A DNA stretch of 64,000 nucleotides from an uncultured Planctomycetota bacterium (GCA_963849325.1 CAWKHF010000007.1:256001-320000), one strand, 5' to 3'; positions 1-12,649 are shown, counted from the first letter of the stretch. Program-made: numbers and translations. Notes: a model not told the origin generated them from the letters alone.

Positions 1-514
1 GATCACCTGTGGCTGAAGCGATCCGAGTGGCGGAGTCTCGTGCCGGCCAGCGCGAAGAAGGGCGACCGCATCGACATGCCCGCCGCGCTCGCCGAGCGTC
101 TGCTGCGCTATCATCTCGTGGACAACACGCGCGGCGAACCGTCCTTCTGGGAGGCGCGAGAGGTCCGCAAAAAGAGCCTGACCTGGACCGTCGAGCGCGC
201 CACGCAGGAGGAGATGCGGCTGCGGCTGGACGGCAGTGCTCTGCTGGCCACGAACGCAAGACCCGGAGAAGGCGGAGCGCGGCTACGAAGTGCGCGTGCT
301 CGGTTTCCTTCACTACGACCGTACACGCCAGAAAATCGACCGACTCGACCTGGTCGCCATCGGCGAGCACTGGGGCGAGGGCGAGTTCACGCCAGGATCG
401 CGGCCGGGACGGAAACCGCTCGGCGTCGCTCTGGAGCTGAGCACCGGCGAGCGCGACTCCGACCGCATCCCGCCGCAGGCCGCCCGCGATTTGCAGGACT
501 ATCTCGGGAAATAG
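1..514 (+). CDS. C-terminal part of a conserved planctomycete hypothetical protein (5'-partial, one frameshift near 255-260)
   Basis: Frame from base 1 (DHLWLKRSEWRSLVP...LLRYHLVDNTRGEPSFW) switches to ORF 236..514 (DPEKAERGYEVRVLGFLHYD...QDYLGK*). Confidence 0.6.
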
Positions 515-623
515 GGTTTAGGGTTTAGGGTTTGGGGTTTAGGGTAAAAGGCAGAAGAACGAGGGTCTGGGTTGAGGGAGAGGCCCGAGACCCTAAACCC
601 TAAACCCTAAACCCTAAACCCTA
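512..623. repeat. Inverted pair of heptamer tandem arrays (TAGGGTT)n / (AACCCTA)n
   Basis: About 5 TAGGGTT units at 512-545 (one TGGGGTT variant) and about 5 complementary units at 590-623. Confidence 0.95.
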
Positions 624-2096
624 TGAGAGTCGTCATCGTCGGTGGAGGCATTTCCGGGCTGGCCCTCGCCTATCGGCTCGAACAGAACGCGCCGTCCGTG
701 GAGGCCATCGTTCTGGAGGAACGCTCCCAGTTGGGCGGCACCATTGGCACCGAGTACCACGACGGTTTCCGCATCGAAATCGGTCCCAACGGCTTCCTCG
801 ACAACAAGCCGTTCGCCCTCGACCTGTGCCGCGAATTGGGGCTGGGACCGCAACTCCTCGCCGCCAGCGACGCGGCGCGGCGCAACCGCTATCTCTTCCT
901 CGACGGCCGGCTGCGTCTGTTGCCGAATAGCCTGCCGTCGTTTCTGACCAGTGACGTCCTCAGCTGGCGCAGCCGGTTCTTGCTCCTGGCCGAGCGTTTT
1001 CGTCCGCCGCGGCGGGACGGCGGCGACGAGTCCATCGACGCCTTCGTCCGCCGTCGCGTCGGCCGCGAGGTGGCCGAGACACTGGCCGACGCCTTCGTGA
1101 CCGGCATTTACGCCGGCGATCCGAAGTTGCTGAGCGTCCAGGCCGCCTTGCCGCGCCTGTCCGCCCTGGAGCGCGAACATGGCAGCGTGCTACGCGGCAT
1201 GGGACGGAACGCCCGGCAGCGACGAACCGAGGCCATCGCGCGCGGCGAACCGCCTCCTTCCGCCGGGCGCATGTGGTCGTTCCGCGAAGGACTCGGACGG
1301 CTGATCGACACGTTGCGCGGCGCGCCTCCGCCATCCCCCGTTGACCGGCGTGGCGGTACGGACGATCCGGCGGACGGAGAAGTCGGGCTGGCGCGTACAG
1401 GGCGATGGCCGCGACGGCTGGGACGCCGAGGCGGTGGTGCTGGCCTGTCCGGCCCCGCGACAGGCGGCGATCTTGGCGGACGAAGACGCCGGCCTAGCGG
1501 CGGTGATCGATGGCATCCCCTTCAACCGCGTCGCCGTCGTGGCCCTGGGCTATCGCGTCGCGGACGTGCCGGGTCCGCTGGAAGGGTTCGGCTACCTGTC
1601 GCCACAGCGCGAGCGACGCGACGTGCTCGGCGTGCAGTGGTGCTCCTCCATCTTCCCCGACCGAGCGCCTCCGGGAATGGTGCTGCTGCGAGCCATGTGC
1701 GGCGGTTGGAATCGGCCGGAAATGCTCGACTGGGACGACGACCGGCTCGTCCGCGCCGTCCGCGGCGAGCTGCGGCTGGCGATGCGGATCGAAGCGGCGC
1801 CCGTTTTCCGCCACGTCGTCCGTTGGCGGCGAGCGATCCCGCAGTATCACCTTGGACACCTTGAGCGCGTCGCCTGGATCGAGGGCCGACTCGCGCATCA
1901 CCCCGGTTTGTTCCTGGGCGGGAACGCCTATCACGGCGTGGCCCTCAACGATTGCGTCGAACAGGCCGACATGCTGGCGCGGCGAGTCAGCGCGGCATCT
2001 ATCAAAAGTTGGAGACACCCTCTGATCGGAACGAGAAGGAAATCGTCCTACCGGCTTTGCGAGCGGGAACTGAACCACGGTACAATCCCCGCATGA
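623..2096 (+). CDS. hemG: Protoporphyrinogen/coproporphyrinogen oxidase (HemG/HemY family); frameshift near 1320-1340; 3' end uncertain
   Basis: GGGISGL FAD motif, EIGPNGF, GIYAGD, then in a second frame GFGYL, RWRRAIPQYHLGH, GNAYHGVALNDCV. Confidence 0.88.
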
Positions 2097-3175
2097 ACGA
2101 GAAGCGTCCCCAGGCCAAAGGCCGAGGCTCTCAGATCGACCCGCCCAATCGTTTCGGAGGGCCGTACCACCTACCCGACCTCGAACACGTCGAACACGAT
2201 CAGGATTATCTGGATAGTCTGCACGACCGGCCAACCGAGTATATTCCCGACCACGCCCGCACCGTGGTCACGGAGAACAACAGCCCCAACGTCGGCTTCC
2301 GCTACAGCATCAACCCGTACCGAGGCTGTTCGCATGGTTGTGCCTATTGCTACGCTCGACCAACCCACGAATACCTCGGCCTCAGCGCCGGGCTGGACTT
2401 CGAGACGAAGATCTTCGTCAAGCACGCCGCCCCCGAGCTGTTCCGTGCGTTTCTGTCGCGGGACCAATGGCGACCCGAACCCATCGCCCTGTCGGGCGTC
2501 ACCGACCCCTATCAGCCGGCCGAGCGTCAGTTCCTCCTGACGCGCCGCTGCCTCGAAGTGGCGGTGGAAGCTTTCCAACCGATCAGCATCATCACCAAGA
2601 ACGCCCTGGTCTTCCGCGACCTGGACCTTCTCCGGCGCATGGCCGCTGTCCATCTGGTCCACGTCAACATGAGCGTGACCACGCTGGACGCCGAACTCGC
2701 TCGCTCGATGGAGCCACGGACAAGCACTCCAGCGGCCCGGTTGGAGGCGGTCAAGGCACTTGGAGAAGCGGGGGTGCCGGTGCGTGTGTTGATCGCCCCG
2801 GTGATTCCCGGCCTGACCGACAATGAGATCCCCGCCATTCTCGCCGCCGCCAAGGAGGCAGGGGCGCAGGCGGCAGCGTTCACCATGCTGCGTCTGCCCT
2901 TGACGGTCGCCCCGGTATTCCGTGAATGGCTGGAACGGAGCCATCCGACACGCCGGTCGCGCGTGGAAGGTCGGATTCGAGGGGTACGGGGCGGCAAGTG
3001 GAATGATCCCGACTTCGGTACGCGGATGTGTGGCACCGGCGTGATGGCGCGGCAGATCGCCGACCTCTTTGCGGTCTTCGCCCGCAAGCACGGACTCGAC
3101 GGCGGGTTGCCGCCTTATGATTGCTCGCGATTCCGTCCCCCGGCGGACGCATCGGGACAGCGGTGGCTGTTTTAG
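2093..3175 (+). CDS. PA0069/Rv2578c-family radical SAM protein
   Basis: INPYRGCSHGCAYCYARPTHEYLG (CxxxCxxC), SGVTDPYQPAER, APVIPGLTD. Confidence 0.9.
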   Translation: MNEKRPQAKGRGSQIDPPNRFGGPYHLPDLEHVEHDQDYLDSLHDRPTEYIPDHARTVVTENNSPNVGFRYSINPYRGCSHGCAYCYARPTHEYLGLSAGLDFETKIFVKHAAPELFRAFLSRDQWRPEPIALSGVTDPYQPAERQFLLTRRCLEVAVEAFQPISIITKNALVFRDLDLLRRMAAVHLVHVNMSVTTLDAELARSMEPRTSTPAARLEAVKALGEAGVPVRVLIAPVIPGLTDNEIPAILAAAKEAGAQAAAFTMLRLPLTVAPVFREWLERSHPTRRSRVEGRIRGVRGGKWNDPDFGTRMCGTGVMARQIADLFAVFARKHGLDGGLPPYDCSRFRPPADASGQRWLF

Positions 3176-3192
3176 CTTTTCCATCTCTTCTC

Positions 3193-3241
3193 TTGACATT
3201 CGCGGCCAGACGGGTAAAGTTTAGACTGAGATTCAATCTCA
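3193..3241 (+). promoter_or_regulatory. Sigma70-like promoter with a perfect 7-1-7 palindrome (candidate Fur-family operator) upstream of feoAAB
   Basis: TTGACA 3193-3198, 16 bp, TAAAGT 3215-3220; TGAGATT-C-AATCTCA 3227-3241. Confidence 0.65.
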
Positions 3242-3287
3242 ATAAGGACGGCTTGCGATTCCCACCGACTGACAAAGGTGTCCTCTT

Positions 3288-3528
3288 GTGAACGTTGAAA
3301 CGCTTCTCCCCCTTGAATTCCTGCGACCGGGCGAATGGGCGGACGTGGCCGAGGTATCGGGCGAACCGAGTTGGGTTGGCCGCCTGGCCGAGCTGGGCGT
3401 GCGGGCGGGCAGCCGTTTGCGGATGCTGCAGGCCGGTTGGCCGTGCCTGCTGCAAATCGGCGGCAGCCGTTTGTCCCTGCGCGGCGAACGTGGCGCCCGA
3501 GATCCTCGTTCGGCCGGTCGCCTGCTAA
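3288..3528 (+). CDS. feoA: FeoA-family protein 1 (frameshift near 3485 makes it appear fused to FeoA2)
   Basis: LEFLRPGEWADVAEV...RLAELGVRAG...GGSRLSL; alternate frame ends EILVRPVAC* at 3528. Confidence 0.75.
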
Positions 3529-3530
3529 CC

Positions 3531-3761
3531 ATGCCCCCTCTCGATCAGCTACGGCCGGGTCAGCGCGGTCGCATCTCGGCCCTGGAGGGCAGCGATGCTC
3601 TCCTCCAACGTCTCATGGAGATGGGTCTGTTTGAAGGGGAAGAGATCGAAGTGATCGCCTTGGCCCCCCTGGGCGATCCCCTCGAAATTCGCCTCGGCGA
3701 TTCCCGCCTCAGCCTCCGCCGTAGCGAGGCCGCCCGCGTACACGTCCAGGTGACAGGATGA
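3531..3761 (+). CDS. feoA: FeoA-family protein 2
   Basis: LDQLRPGQRGRI...RLMEMGLFEG...APLGDPLEI...LSLRRSEA. Confidence 0.9.
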   Translation: MPPLDQLRPGQRGRISALEGSDALLQRLMEMGLFEGEEIEVIALAPLGDPLEIRLGDSRLSLRRSEAARVHVQVTG

Positions 3762-3773
3762 CAAGGTGACAAG

Positions 3774-3776
<3 letters not shown>
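3749..3776 (+). repeat. Short 8-bp tandem (TGACAAGG-like) joining the feoA stop to the feoB GTG start
   Basis: GGTGACAGGA-TGACAAGG-TGACAAGG-TG. Confidence 0.6.
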
Positions 3777-5979
<2,203 letters not shown>

Positions 5980-6002
<23 letters not shown>

Positions 6003-8004
6003 CCAAGCGTTCCAGGGCTGCCTTGGCCTCGCGGGTGATCCAGGCATGGGGAGCGCCGTGGGCCAGTGTTTTCAAGACTTGCCGGGCATCCGCTGTGCCT
6101 AGATGCTCCAAAGTTTCGATGGTCCGCACTTCGCGGAGGCGTTCGGGAGAGGTGGAGAGCGCTCGAATTTTCCCCAATAACTCCTCGATGCGCTTACGGG
6201 CCTCCAATGCCGGCTTGTTCGTGAGCGCTTCCACGAGCGCTGGCTCGGCATGTTCGCCGAGTTGCTGCAGTTGCTCTGTCGCTTTCTCGCGGACAGCGAA
6301 CTCCCCACTGTCGAGGTCGGCGAGGAACCGGGCCGCCTGTCGGCCCTCGGCAGGTTCGGCCGCTGGCCGCAGCTTCGATTGAAGGAAAGAGACGGTTTGC
6401 TCCGGAGCCGTGGTTAACAGGCAGATCGCATCGAAGGCCTTGGCGGCGTCCGTGCTGGCCAGGGTCTTCCACAATTGTTGCTGTTGCTCGGCTGAGAGAG
6501 CCACGCTCTCGCGGACAGACGCGTCGAGCACATCCCAGACCAGCGCGGTCGTGTCGGAGCTGCTGGATACCAGCCATTTGCCGTCGAGTGAGAAAGCAAC
6601 CCTTGAGATCCCACCACGATGCCCCTTCCACTCGCGCCGCTTCTGCCCCGTGGCGACCTCCCAGAGTTGAACAAGGTGCTCCCCATAACGGCGATCGCGG
6701 TCCCCGGACTGCCCCTCATAACCGACGGCCAGGGCGCGTCCGTCAGGAGTGAAGGCAAGGGGCGTGGTCCGGCCGGTATGAGGCAGACGAATTTGACGCT
6801 GCTCCGTTCCGTCCCGCACATCCCAGAGATGGATCGTGTAGCGGTCATATTTGGTGGTTGTGATGCTCTCGGTGGCCAGGAGATGGCCCGTCGGGGAAAA
6901 TGCCAGCGCACGAAAGCTCCGATCCGCAAGCGCGAGAGTTCGTATCTCCTTGCCCGTCGCCACGTCCCGCAGGACCACTTTCCCCGCTTCGAGCACGGCC
7001 AGAACTTTGCCGTCGGCGGAGAAGGCCAAGAAGCCGACCCAGCCTTTGTGTCCATTGGCTTGCCAGAGGAGCCTGCCGGTAGCCACGTCCCTGAGCTTGA
7101 CCTCTTTGTAGCCGGTCGCCAGCATTTTGCCGTCGGGAGACAACGCCAGGCGATAGACAACCTCGTCCGGCGCTCGCCGCGTCCGCTCGCCGCTGGAGAG
7201 ATCCCACAGGTCGAACCCTTTTGGCTCAATGGCTCTTTCGCCATAGCGCACGCCGGCCGAGGCTAATTGTTTGCCGTCCGGCGAGAAAGCCACGCCAAGC
7301 ACTTCGTTCGTATCCGGGTCGAGCGAGAAGCGACGGATCACTCGTCCTGTAGCCGTATCACATAAGCGAATTGATTCCCCAAGGCCGCCTACGGCCACGG
7401 TTCTGCCCTCTGGAGAGATAGCCAACGTCTGGATGTTATTGTTCGGCTCCTCATTCCGCTGTATTTCCTTGCCGGTGGTGATGTCCCAAAGCCGGATCGA
7501 GCGGTCCTGGCCCACGGCCAAAGTTCGGCCGTCCGGAGCGAGGGCCAAGGAGAGCGTCCCGTAGGGGATGGCGATTCGCCGGCGCGGCTTGATCTCGGGG
7601 GTGGTGTCCCAGATTTGCAAGAGTCCATAGCTGGGCCGCCCGGATGGCTTCGGATCGCTTCCGTTGGCACCTCCGAGGAACAAGGCTTTTCCGTCGTGGG
7701 AGAAGATCACGCTGAATACCGCACCGGGCTGCTCCATCTTCTGAATTGCCTTGCCCGAAGCCATGTCCCATAGGCGAACCGTCTTGTCCTCGCTGCCGGA
7801 GACGACGACTTTGCCGTCAGGCGAAATAGCCGCGGAATAAACCGTGTCCGTGTGCCCCTCGAACCGATGCAGTTCCTCTCCCGTGGCCACGTTCCAGATA
7901 CGCACGGTATTATCTTGTCCTGCCGAGACGAGCTTGCTGCCATCGCTGGAAAAAGAGAGAGACAAAATCCCTTTTTGATGACCTTTCAAACGAGCCGCCG
8001 CCAT
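5980..8004 (-). CDS. WD40-repeat protein with a C-terminal HEAT-like helical domain; possibly 5'-truncated
   Basis: Repeated GH..V..AFSPDG..LAS...D.TVRLWD units; C-terminal LADLDSGEFAVREKAT...RTIETLEHLG. Confidence 0.85.
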
Positions 8005-8068
8005 GCTGTGAGCTGACTTCTCCCGCTCCGGTTCTGGAAACCGCTTCTACGGGGCGTCCAGCAATAAC

Positions 8069-8144
8069 TTCGGCGAGCGGGTTCGCGTCAGCGCCCCGAG
8101 AACGCCGCGGTCTCTTGGGCGCTAACGCGAACCCGCTCGCCGAA
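8069..8144. repeat. REP-like palindrome with ~32-bp arms
   Basis: TTCGGCGAGCGGGTTCGCGTCAGCGCCC ... GGGCGCTAACGCGAACCCGCTCGCCGAA. Confidence 0.85.
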
Positions 8145-8170
8145 ACTTGGAAGTCATTCGTGGACGTGCC

Positions 8171-9871
8171 CTAAACGAGGATTCGCTTCTTCCGCGTCAC
8201 GGAGGACGCAACTCGACTCGCCCCTCGCGGCGTGGTCCGGTCCACCGCGCGGGCGACACGCTTCGATTCGGAGATGGGCGCTCCGGTGTCCGGATCGATC
8301 GCCAGGCAGGCGCCGCCGACCATGCGGGTGACGATCTGGCCGAGGGCGGCGGCGTTGCCGCGCAGGTGCGGCGCATCGAGCAGGCCGATCTCCACCGCGC
8401 GGGCGAGCGTGTCGGGGTCGGTGTAGGGATCGCGGTCCATCGGCGCCAGACGAGTGATGGCGTCGAGGAGCACGGCGGCATCCGCCAGTAGTTCCGCCTT
8501 GCGCCGCTGCACGCCGGCGTCGGCGGTCATGTCCGGCAGACCGAGCAAGCACTGCGAGATGGCGCCGTCGGCGATGCGGCAGGCCTCGATCAGTTCCTCG
8601 GCGGTCGTGGCGTGGTGCGCCTCGGTGTGGCCGACGATGTGAACGATGTGCGGCTTCAGCTGCATTTGCAGGCAGACCGTGGCTGCCAGGTGGCCGCGAG
8701 CCACGCTCGGGTCGGGAGGATACGAGGTCAGCCCGCCGCGTGTCTCTCGCCAGACGCGGAAGTATCCGTCTTGCAGCGATTCCACCAGCTCCAGCTTTGC
8801 CAGCATCTTGCCAAGATCCATCGTCGGCGAAGTATTCGGCGGATTGTTGAACATCAGCTGCTGCACGTAATCGCGCACGCCCGCCGCGCGGGCGTTGTAG
8901 GCGGCCAGGTAGGCGGCGACGACGGCGACCACGTCCGGAGCGTCGCGCAGGCTCCAGTGGTGCGATTCGTTCATCTCGACGGGGATGTCGTGCTCGGCGT
9001 GCCAGCGCATCAGCGCCTGCGTTTCGGGGATGGCCTCGCGCAGCGGACGGGGACTGCGGCCGTCGAGCTGCGTGTACCAGAACAGCGGAATGGCGCACCA
9101 GGCGTTGTGGATGGTCCGCGCCAGCATCGGCGCCCAGCGCAGCGTATCGCGCGTCCCGCTGTAGCAGCGCATCAACGGGTAATTGCCGAGACGAGTATGG
9201 GCGTAGATGGTAGCCAGGTCGGCCTCGGTGCGCACCGGCACGCCGCCGGCGCCGTGCGCGCCAGGGTCCATCTCCTCCGGCCGGAAAAAATGCTCCTGGG
9301 CGTTCTGATCGGTGCCTAGCGAGAGGACATCCAGGCATTCAGCGTGAGCGATGGCCACGACGCCGGCCACGGTTTCGTCCACCGTCGGCCGGCCGAAGTG
9401 ATGACGCAGCAGCGGATAGGGCACCTTCCAGCGGATGCGCTCGGCCAGCGTCTGCGGCGGCGGCGATCCGATAGCGGACTCCGTCTGTTCGCCGCGCAGA
9501 TAGGCGACCACGGCCGGTTTCGAGGTGCCGCTGGCGAACGTCATGCGGAAGAGTCCGCATTCGCGGGCGGCGGCCACGCACGGCTCCGTCCCTCCGAACA
9601 GCCAGGCGCGCCGTTCCTCGCCGCGCTGGGCGACCTTGGACGCAAGCTCGTTCAGCAGGTTATGGCAATTTTCCGGCGTCAGGCGATAGCCGACGGCGAC
9701 GATGGACGGGTCCAGGGCCGCCACCTTCTCCAGCAAGGTGTCCACCGAAACCGCCGGTCCCAGGCAGATGGTCTCATACCCCAGCTGCTCGGCGAGGTTG
9801 AGGAAGTTGACGACGCCGGCGACGTGGACGCAATCGCCGATGGCGGCGCCGACGATCAAACGGTCTTTCAT
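8171..9871 (-). CDS. Cobalamin-binding protein: N-terminal B12-binding domain plus a large catalytic (probably barrel) domain of unknown function
   Basis: GDCVHVAG (variant of DxHxxG), LGPAVS, VAVGYRLT, FGGT; C-terminal ~430 aa with LLRHHFG, GAGGVPVR, GNYPLMRCYSGT. Confidence 0.8.
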   Translation of the reverse strand: MKDRLIVGAAIGDCVHVAGVVNFLNLAEQLGYETICLGPAVSVDTLLEKVAALDPSIVAVGYRLTPENCHNLLNELASKVAQRGEERRAWLFGGTEPCVAAARECGLFRMTFASGTSKPAVVAYLRGEQTESAIGSPPPQTLAERIRWKVPYPLLRHHFGRPTVDETVAGVVAIAHAECLDVLSLGTDQNAQEHFFRPEEMDPGAHGAGGVPVRTEADLATIYAHTRLGNYPLMRCYSGTRDTLRWAPMLARTIHNAWCAIPLFWYTQLDGRSPRPLREAIPETQALMRWHAEHDIPVEMNESHHWSLRDAPDVVAVVAAYLAAYNARAAGVRDYVQQLMFNNPPNTSPTMDLGKMLAKLELVESLQDGYFRVWRETRGGLTSYPPDPSVARGHLAATVCLQMQLKPHIVHIVGHTEAHHATTAEELIEACRIADGAISQCLLGLPDMTADAGVQRRKAELLADAAVLLDAITRLAPMDRDPYTDPDTLARAVEIGLLDAPHLRGNAAALGQIVTRMVGGACLAIDPDTGAPISESKRVARAVDRTTPRGASRVASSVTRKKRILV

Positions 9872-9915
9872 GCGATCGCCTCCCGATTAAGGGCCACGAA
9901 CCAAATACAATTTCA

Positions 9916-9998
9916 ACCACGGATAACACGGATAACACGGATAAAGAAAACCAGAACCCTTCTTGGGTTTTATCCGTGTTATCCGTGTTATCCGTGGT
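9916..9998. repeat. Inverted pair of 9-bp tandem arrays (CACGGATAA)3 / (TTATCCGTG)3
   Basis: Perfect 30-bp arms 9916-9945 and 9969-9998. Confidence 0.95.
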
Positions 9999-10021
9999 CA
10001 AAATGCATTTGATTCATGCCT

Positions 10022-11203
10022 CTAAAGCTGCGGAACCAACGCCTGTGCCGAGCCGAAACTTGCGTAAGCGGGAATGCCGGCCGTCGCCAGCCTCGCCGCG
10101 GCCGGAACGTGACCGCGCTGGACGAACGCTCGAATCTCCTCGGGGCGGAGTCCGTCCAGCCCGAGAGCGTTGAGAGTGCGCGGACGCTGCCAACGCTGGC
10201 CGCCGAGCAACAGACGGGCCAGGTCCACCAGGCCCGCGAGGGTGGGCGTGGCGACCCCGGCGGCGCGACCCAACTCGATGAGCGGAATCAGCCCGGTCGG
10301 CACGTCTTCCAGCAGATAGCGATGGGCGAGAGTGTCCGGCGCCTTGATGCCGACGTAGGCCGGGTTGCCGCCTACCGCCGCGTGCAGAGTGTCGGCGCGG
10401 TGGCCGTAGGTCTGACCGACCCAGGCGCGCAGAGAGCAGGCGTTCACGCCGAAGGCGCGGGCGATGGCCAGGCGCTCCGCGTCGGCGTCGGCCAGGACGG
10501 CGGCCACCCGCGGAGTAACGCCGTCGGTGTAAAAGTCGAAGGAATCGCCATCCTCGATGCGCGCGGCGTTGAGCAGCGTGATGATGGGGTGCAGGATGGC
10601 GCCGAAGTTGGCCAGTCCGGTCTCCAGCACGGAGCGGGCGGGGGCCAGCATCGGCAGCAGCGGCCGAAAGGCGGCGAGCAGCTCGGCCGTGCGATTGGCC
10701 GGCAGGGAAGCGGCCAGAACCTCGGACTTGACGCCGAAGATGACGGCGTCCGCCGGTCCAACGCTGCGCGCGGCCAGGGGGAAGGTGTTGGCCTCGCCCA
10801 GCAGGACGCGGGCGCGACAGCCGGCGCCGCGACAGGCGCGACGGAACTCCAGGGCGCCTCCGGTGCGGCCGGGCAACAGCAGCACGGCCTGCCCGTCGCG
10901 AAGGTGCGGCGCACAGGCGCGGGCGATGTCGGCATGACCGCAGGCCGGCACCGCCACCACCACGAGGCGGGCGCCAACCAGGGCCGAGGCGATGTCGCTG
11001 GTGGCGACGTCAATCGGAGCATGGACCGCGGCCGAACCGGGCGAACTCAGGCGGACGCCGCCCCGCTCGGCCACGGGGACGACGCGCGCCGGGGAACGAT
11101 TCCACAGAGCGACGCGATGCCCCTGCCGCGCCAGGGAGGCGGCCAGGGCGAGGCCGCCGTGACCGGCGCCGAGAATCGCCACGGATGATTTCCGATGAAA
11201 CAC
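10022..11203 (-). CDS. NAD/NADP octopine/nopaline (opine) dehydrogenase family protein
   Basis: VAILGAGHGG Rossmann motif, LLPGRTGGALEF, ETGLANFGAILHP, FDFYTDGVTP, DAERLAIA, HRYLLEDVPTGL; GTG start after GGGAGAGG. Confidence 0.88.
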   Translation of the reverse strand: MFHRKSSVAILGAGHGGLALAASLARQGHRVALWNRSPARVVPVAERGGVRLSSPGSAAVHAPIDVATSDIASALVGARLVVVAVPACGHADIARACAPHLRDGQAVLLLPGRTGGALEFRRACRGAGCRARVLLGEANTFPLAARSVGPADAVIFGVKSEVLAASLPANRTAELLAAFRPLLPMLAPARSVLETGLANFGAILHPIITLLNAARIEDGDSFDFYTDGVTPRVAAVLADADAERLAIARAFGVNACSLRAWVGQTYGHRADTLHAAVGGNPAYVGIKAPDTLAHRYLLEDVPTGLIPLIELGRAAGVATPTLAGLVDLARLLLGGQRWQRPRTLNALGLDGLRPEEIRAFVQRGHVPAAARLATAGIPAYASFGSAQALVPQL

Positions 11204-11240
11204 GTTTCCTCTCCCTTGTCTCGCAAACAGAGCTTGGACA

Positions 11241-12264
11241 TCAGCGTTTCGACCTCTCGCCAGGTAGTACGGCGCCAGACTCTCGCATCTGGCACCCGCA
11301 CATCGTTTTTTCACTCTCGGTCGCAAGCCCCTGCCGAATGGCGCGATTTCTCCGTGGAGACGGGTCCGTTGGCTGGTCTGCTTGTCGCGCCCGGCCGGCC
11401 ATCACCCACGCCGTCGGCGCCAGCACCAGCCCGATGCCGGCCAGCGTGCTCGGCGAAAACGTCGGGCCTTCCAGCACCAGATCCAGACCCAGGGCGAAGA
11501 CGATTTGCATCAACCCGACCACGGACACGCGCACCGGCTGACCGGACGTGAAGGCGCGCGTGATGCACATCTGTCCCAGCGTCGCCGCTATTCCCACCCC
11601 CAGGAGGAGAAGTAGGACCTTCCCTTCGGACAACGGGGCAAGGTTCGGCGCCCCGCCGGCGACCCACGAGCCGAGCACGAACAGGGTGGCGACGCCGGAG
11701 TAATGCACGACAATCGCCCAGGGATGGACGCCCTGAAGACGGTGCAGTCCTAGCATGGCGACGGCCGACGTCAACGCCGCCGACAGCGCGAGGGCGACGG
11801 CCCAGGTGGCGTTGCCGTCCACCTGGAAATGGGGCGACTGGATCAGGGCGACGCCGAGCACGCCACAGGCGGCGGCCAGCCAGACCGACATCGAGGGTCG
11901 GACTCCCAGCAGCGGCCACGACAGGAACGCCACCCAGATCGGAAAAGTGTTCGTGAGCGTTAACACCTCGGACGTGGGCAACTGGGCCAGCGCGTAGAAC
12001 GTGGCGAGCAGGCTGAGGCTGCTGGCACAACCGCGAAGCCACAGCGCGCCGGGTCGCCAGAAGACGAGCGGGGCGCCCGACACGCGGGCCAGGCCGAAGG
12101 CGAATGCCAGGGCCAGGGCACTTCGTGTCAGGGCGACGATGCGCCAATCGCAGCTGTCCTTCAGCAGATGAGCGAACTGCCCCATCCAGGCGGTGAAAAA
12201 ACATCCCGTCAACATCCACAGGTACGGGGCGTAAGAACGATTCGACGCGGCGGAAATGTCTCAC
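11241..12264 (-). CDS. EamA/DMT-family transporter (probable frameshift near 12225)
   Basis: About 10 hydrophobic segments, LWLRG...ATFYALAQLP.SEV..LTNTFPIW; GGAGGAG precedes a GTG at ~12264. Confidence 0.85.
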
Positions 12265-12439
12265 CTCCTCCGTGGCGGAGCATGGGCGCAACGTCATCCC
12301 GAGGATGAATACGGGGCGAGGATCTGAAATCTGGCAGGAGGATGCCTCTTTTCCGCTTGGGCCGCGAAAGCGGATGACGGCCACAGAGTCTTCCCAACGA
12401 CTCTCTTGCCAAGTAGGATGCGACAAAGAAGGATCAGCC

Positions 12440-12649
12440 ATGACCATTCGCGCAGTCTATGAGAACGGCGTGTTTCGCCCGTCGGAAAAGGTTGACTTGC
12501 CGGATCGCTGCGTAGTGGAGGTCGAGATCCGGCAGGTGAAAGAAATTCCCCAAGTCCCGACTCTGGACGAGGTGTACGCCATTCTGGACAGGCGTCATTG
12601 CTCGGGTGAGCATGACCTTGCCGAGCGTCACAATGAGCATCAGCCATGA
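12440..12649 (+). CDS. DUF104/AF2212-like antitoxin
   Basis: MTIRAVYENGVFRPSEKVDLP motif; ATGA overlap with a PIN gene. Confidence 0.8.
   Translation: MTIRAVYENGVFRPSEKVDLPDRCVVEVEIRQVKEIPQVPTLDEVYAILDRRHCSGEHDLAERHNEHQP

Noticed and set aside
512-623. Eukaryotic telomere or plant contamination
   Set aside because: Only about 5 units per arm, embedded precisely between bacterial genes.
3288-3761. Genuine double-FeoA fusion protein
   Set aside because: An alternate frame gives a normal FeoA1 end at 3528 and FeoA2 has its own ATG at 3531; a single indel explains the fusion.
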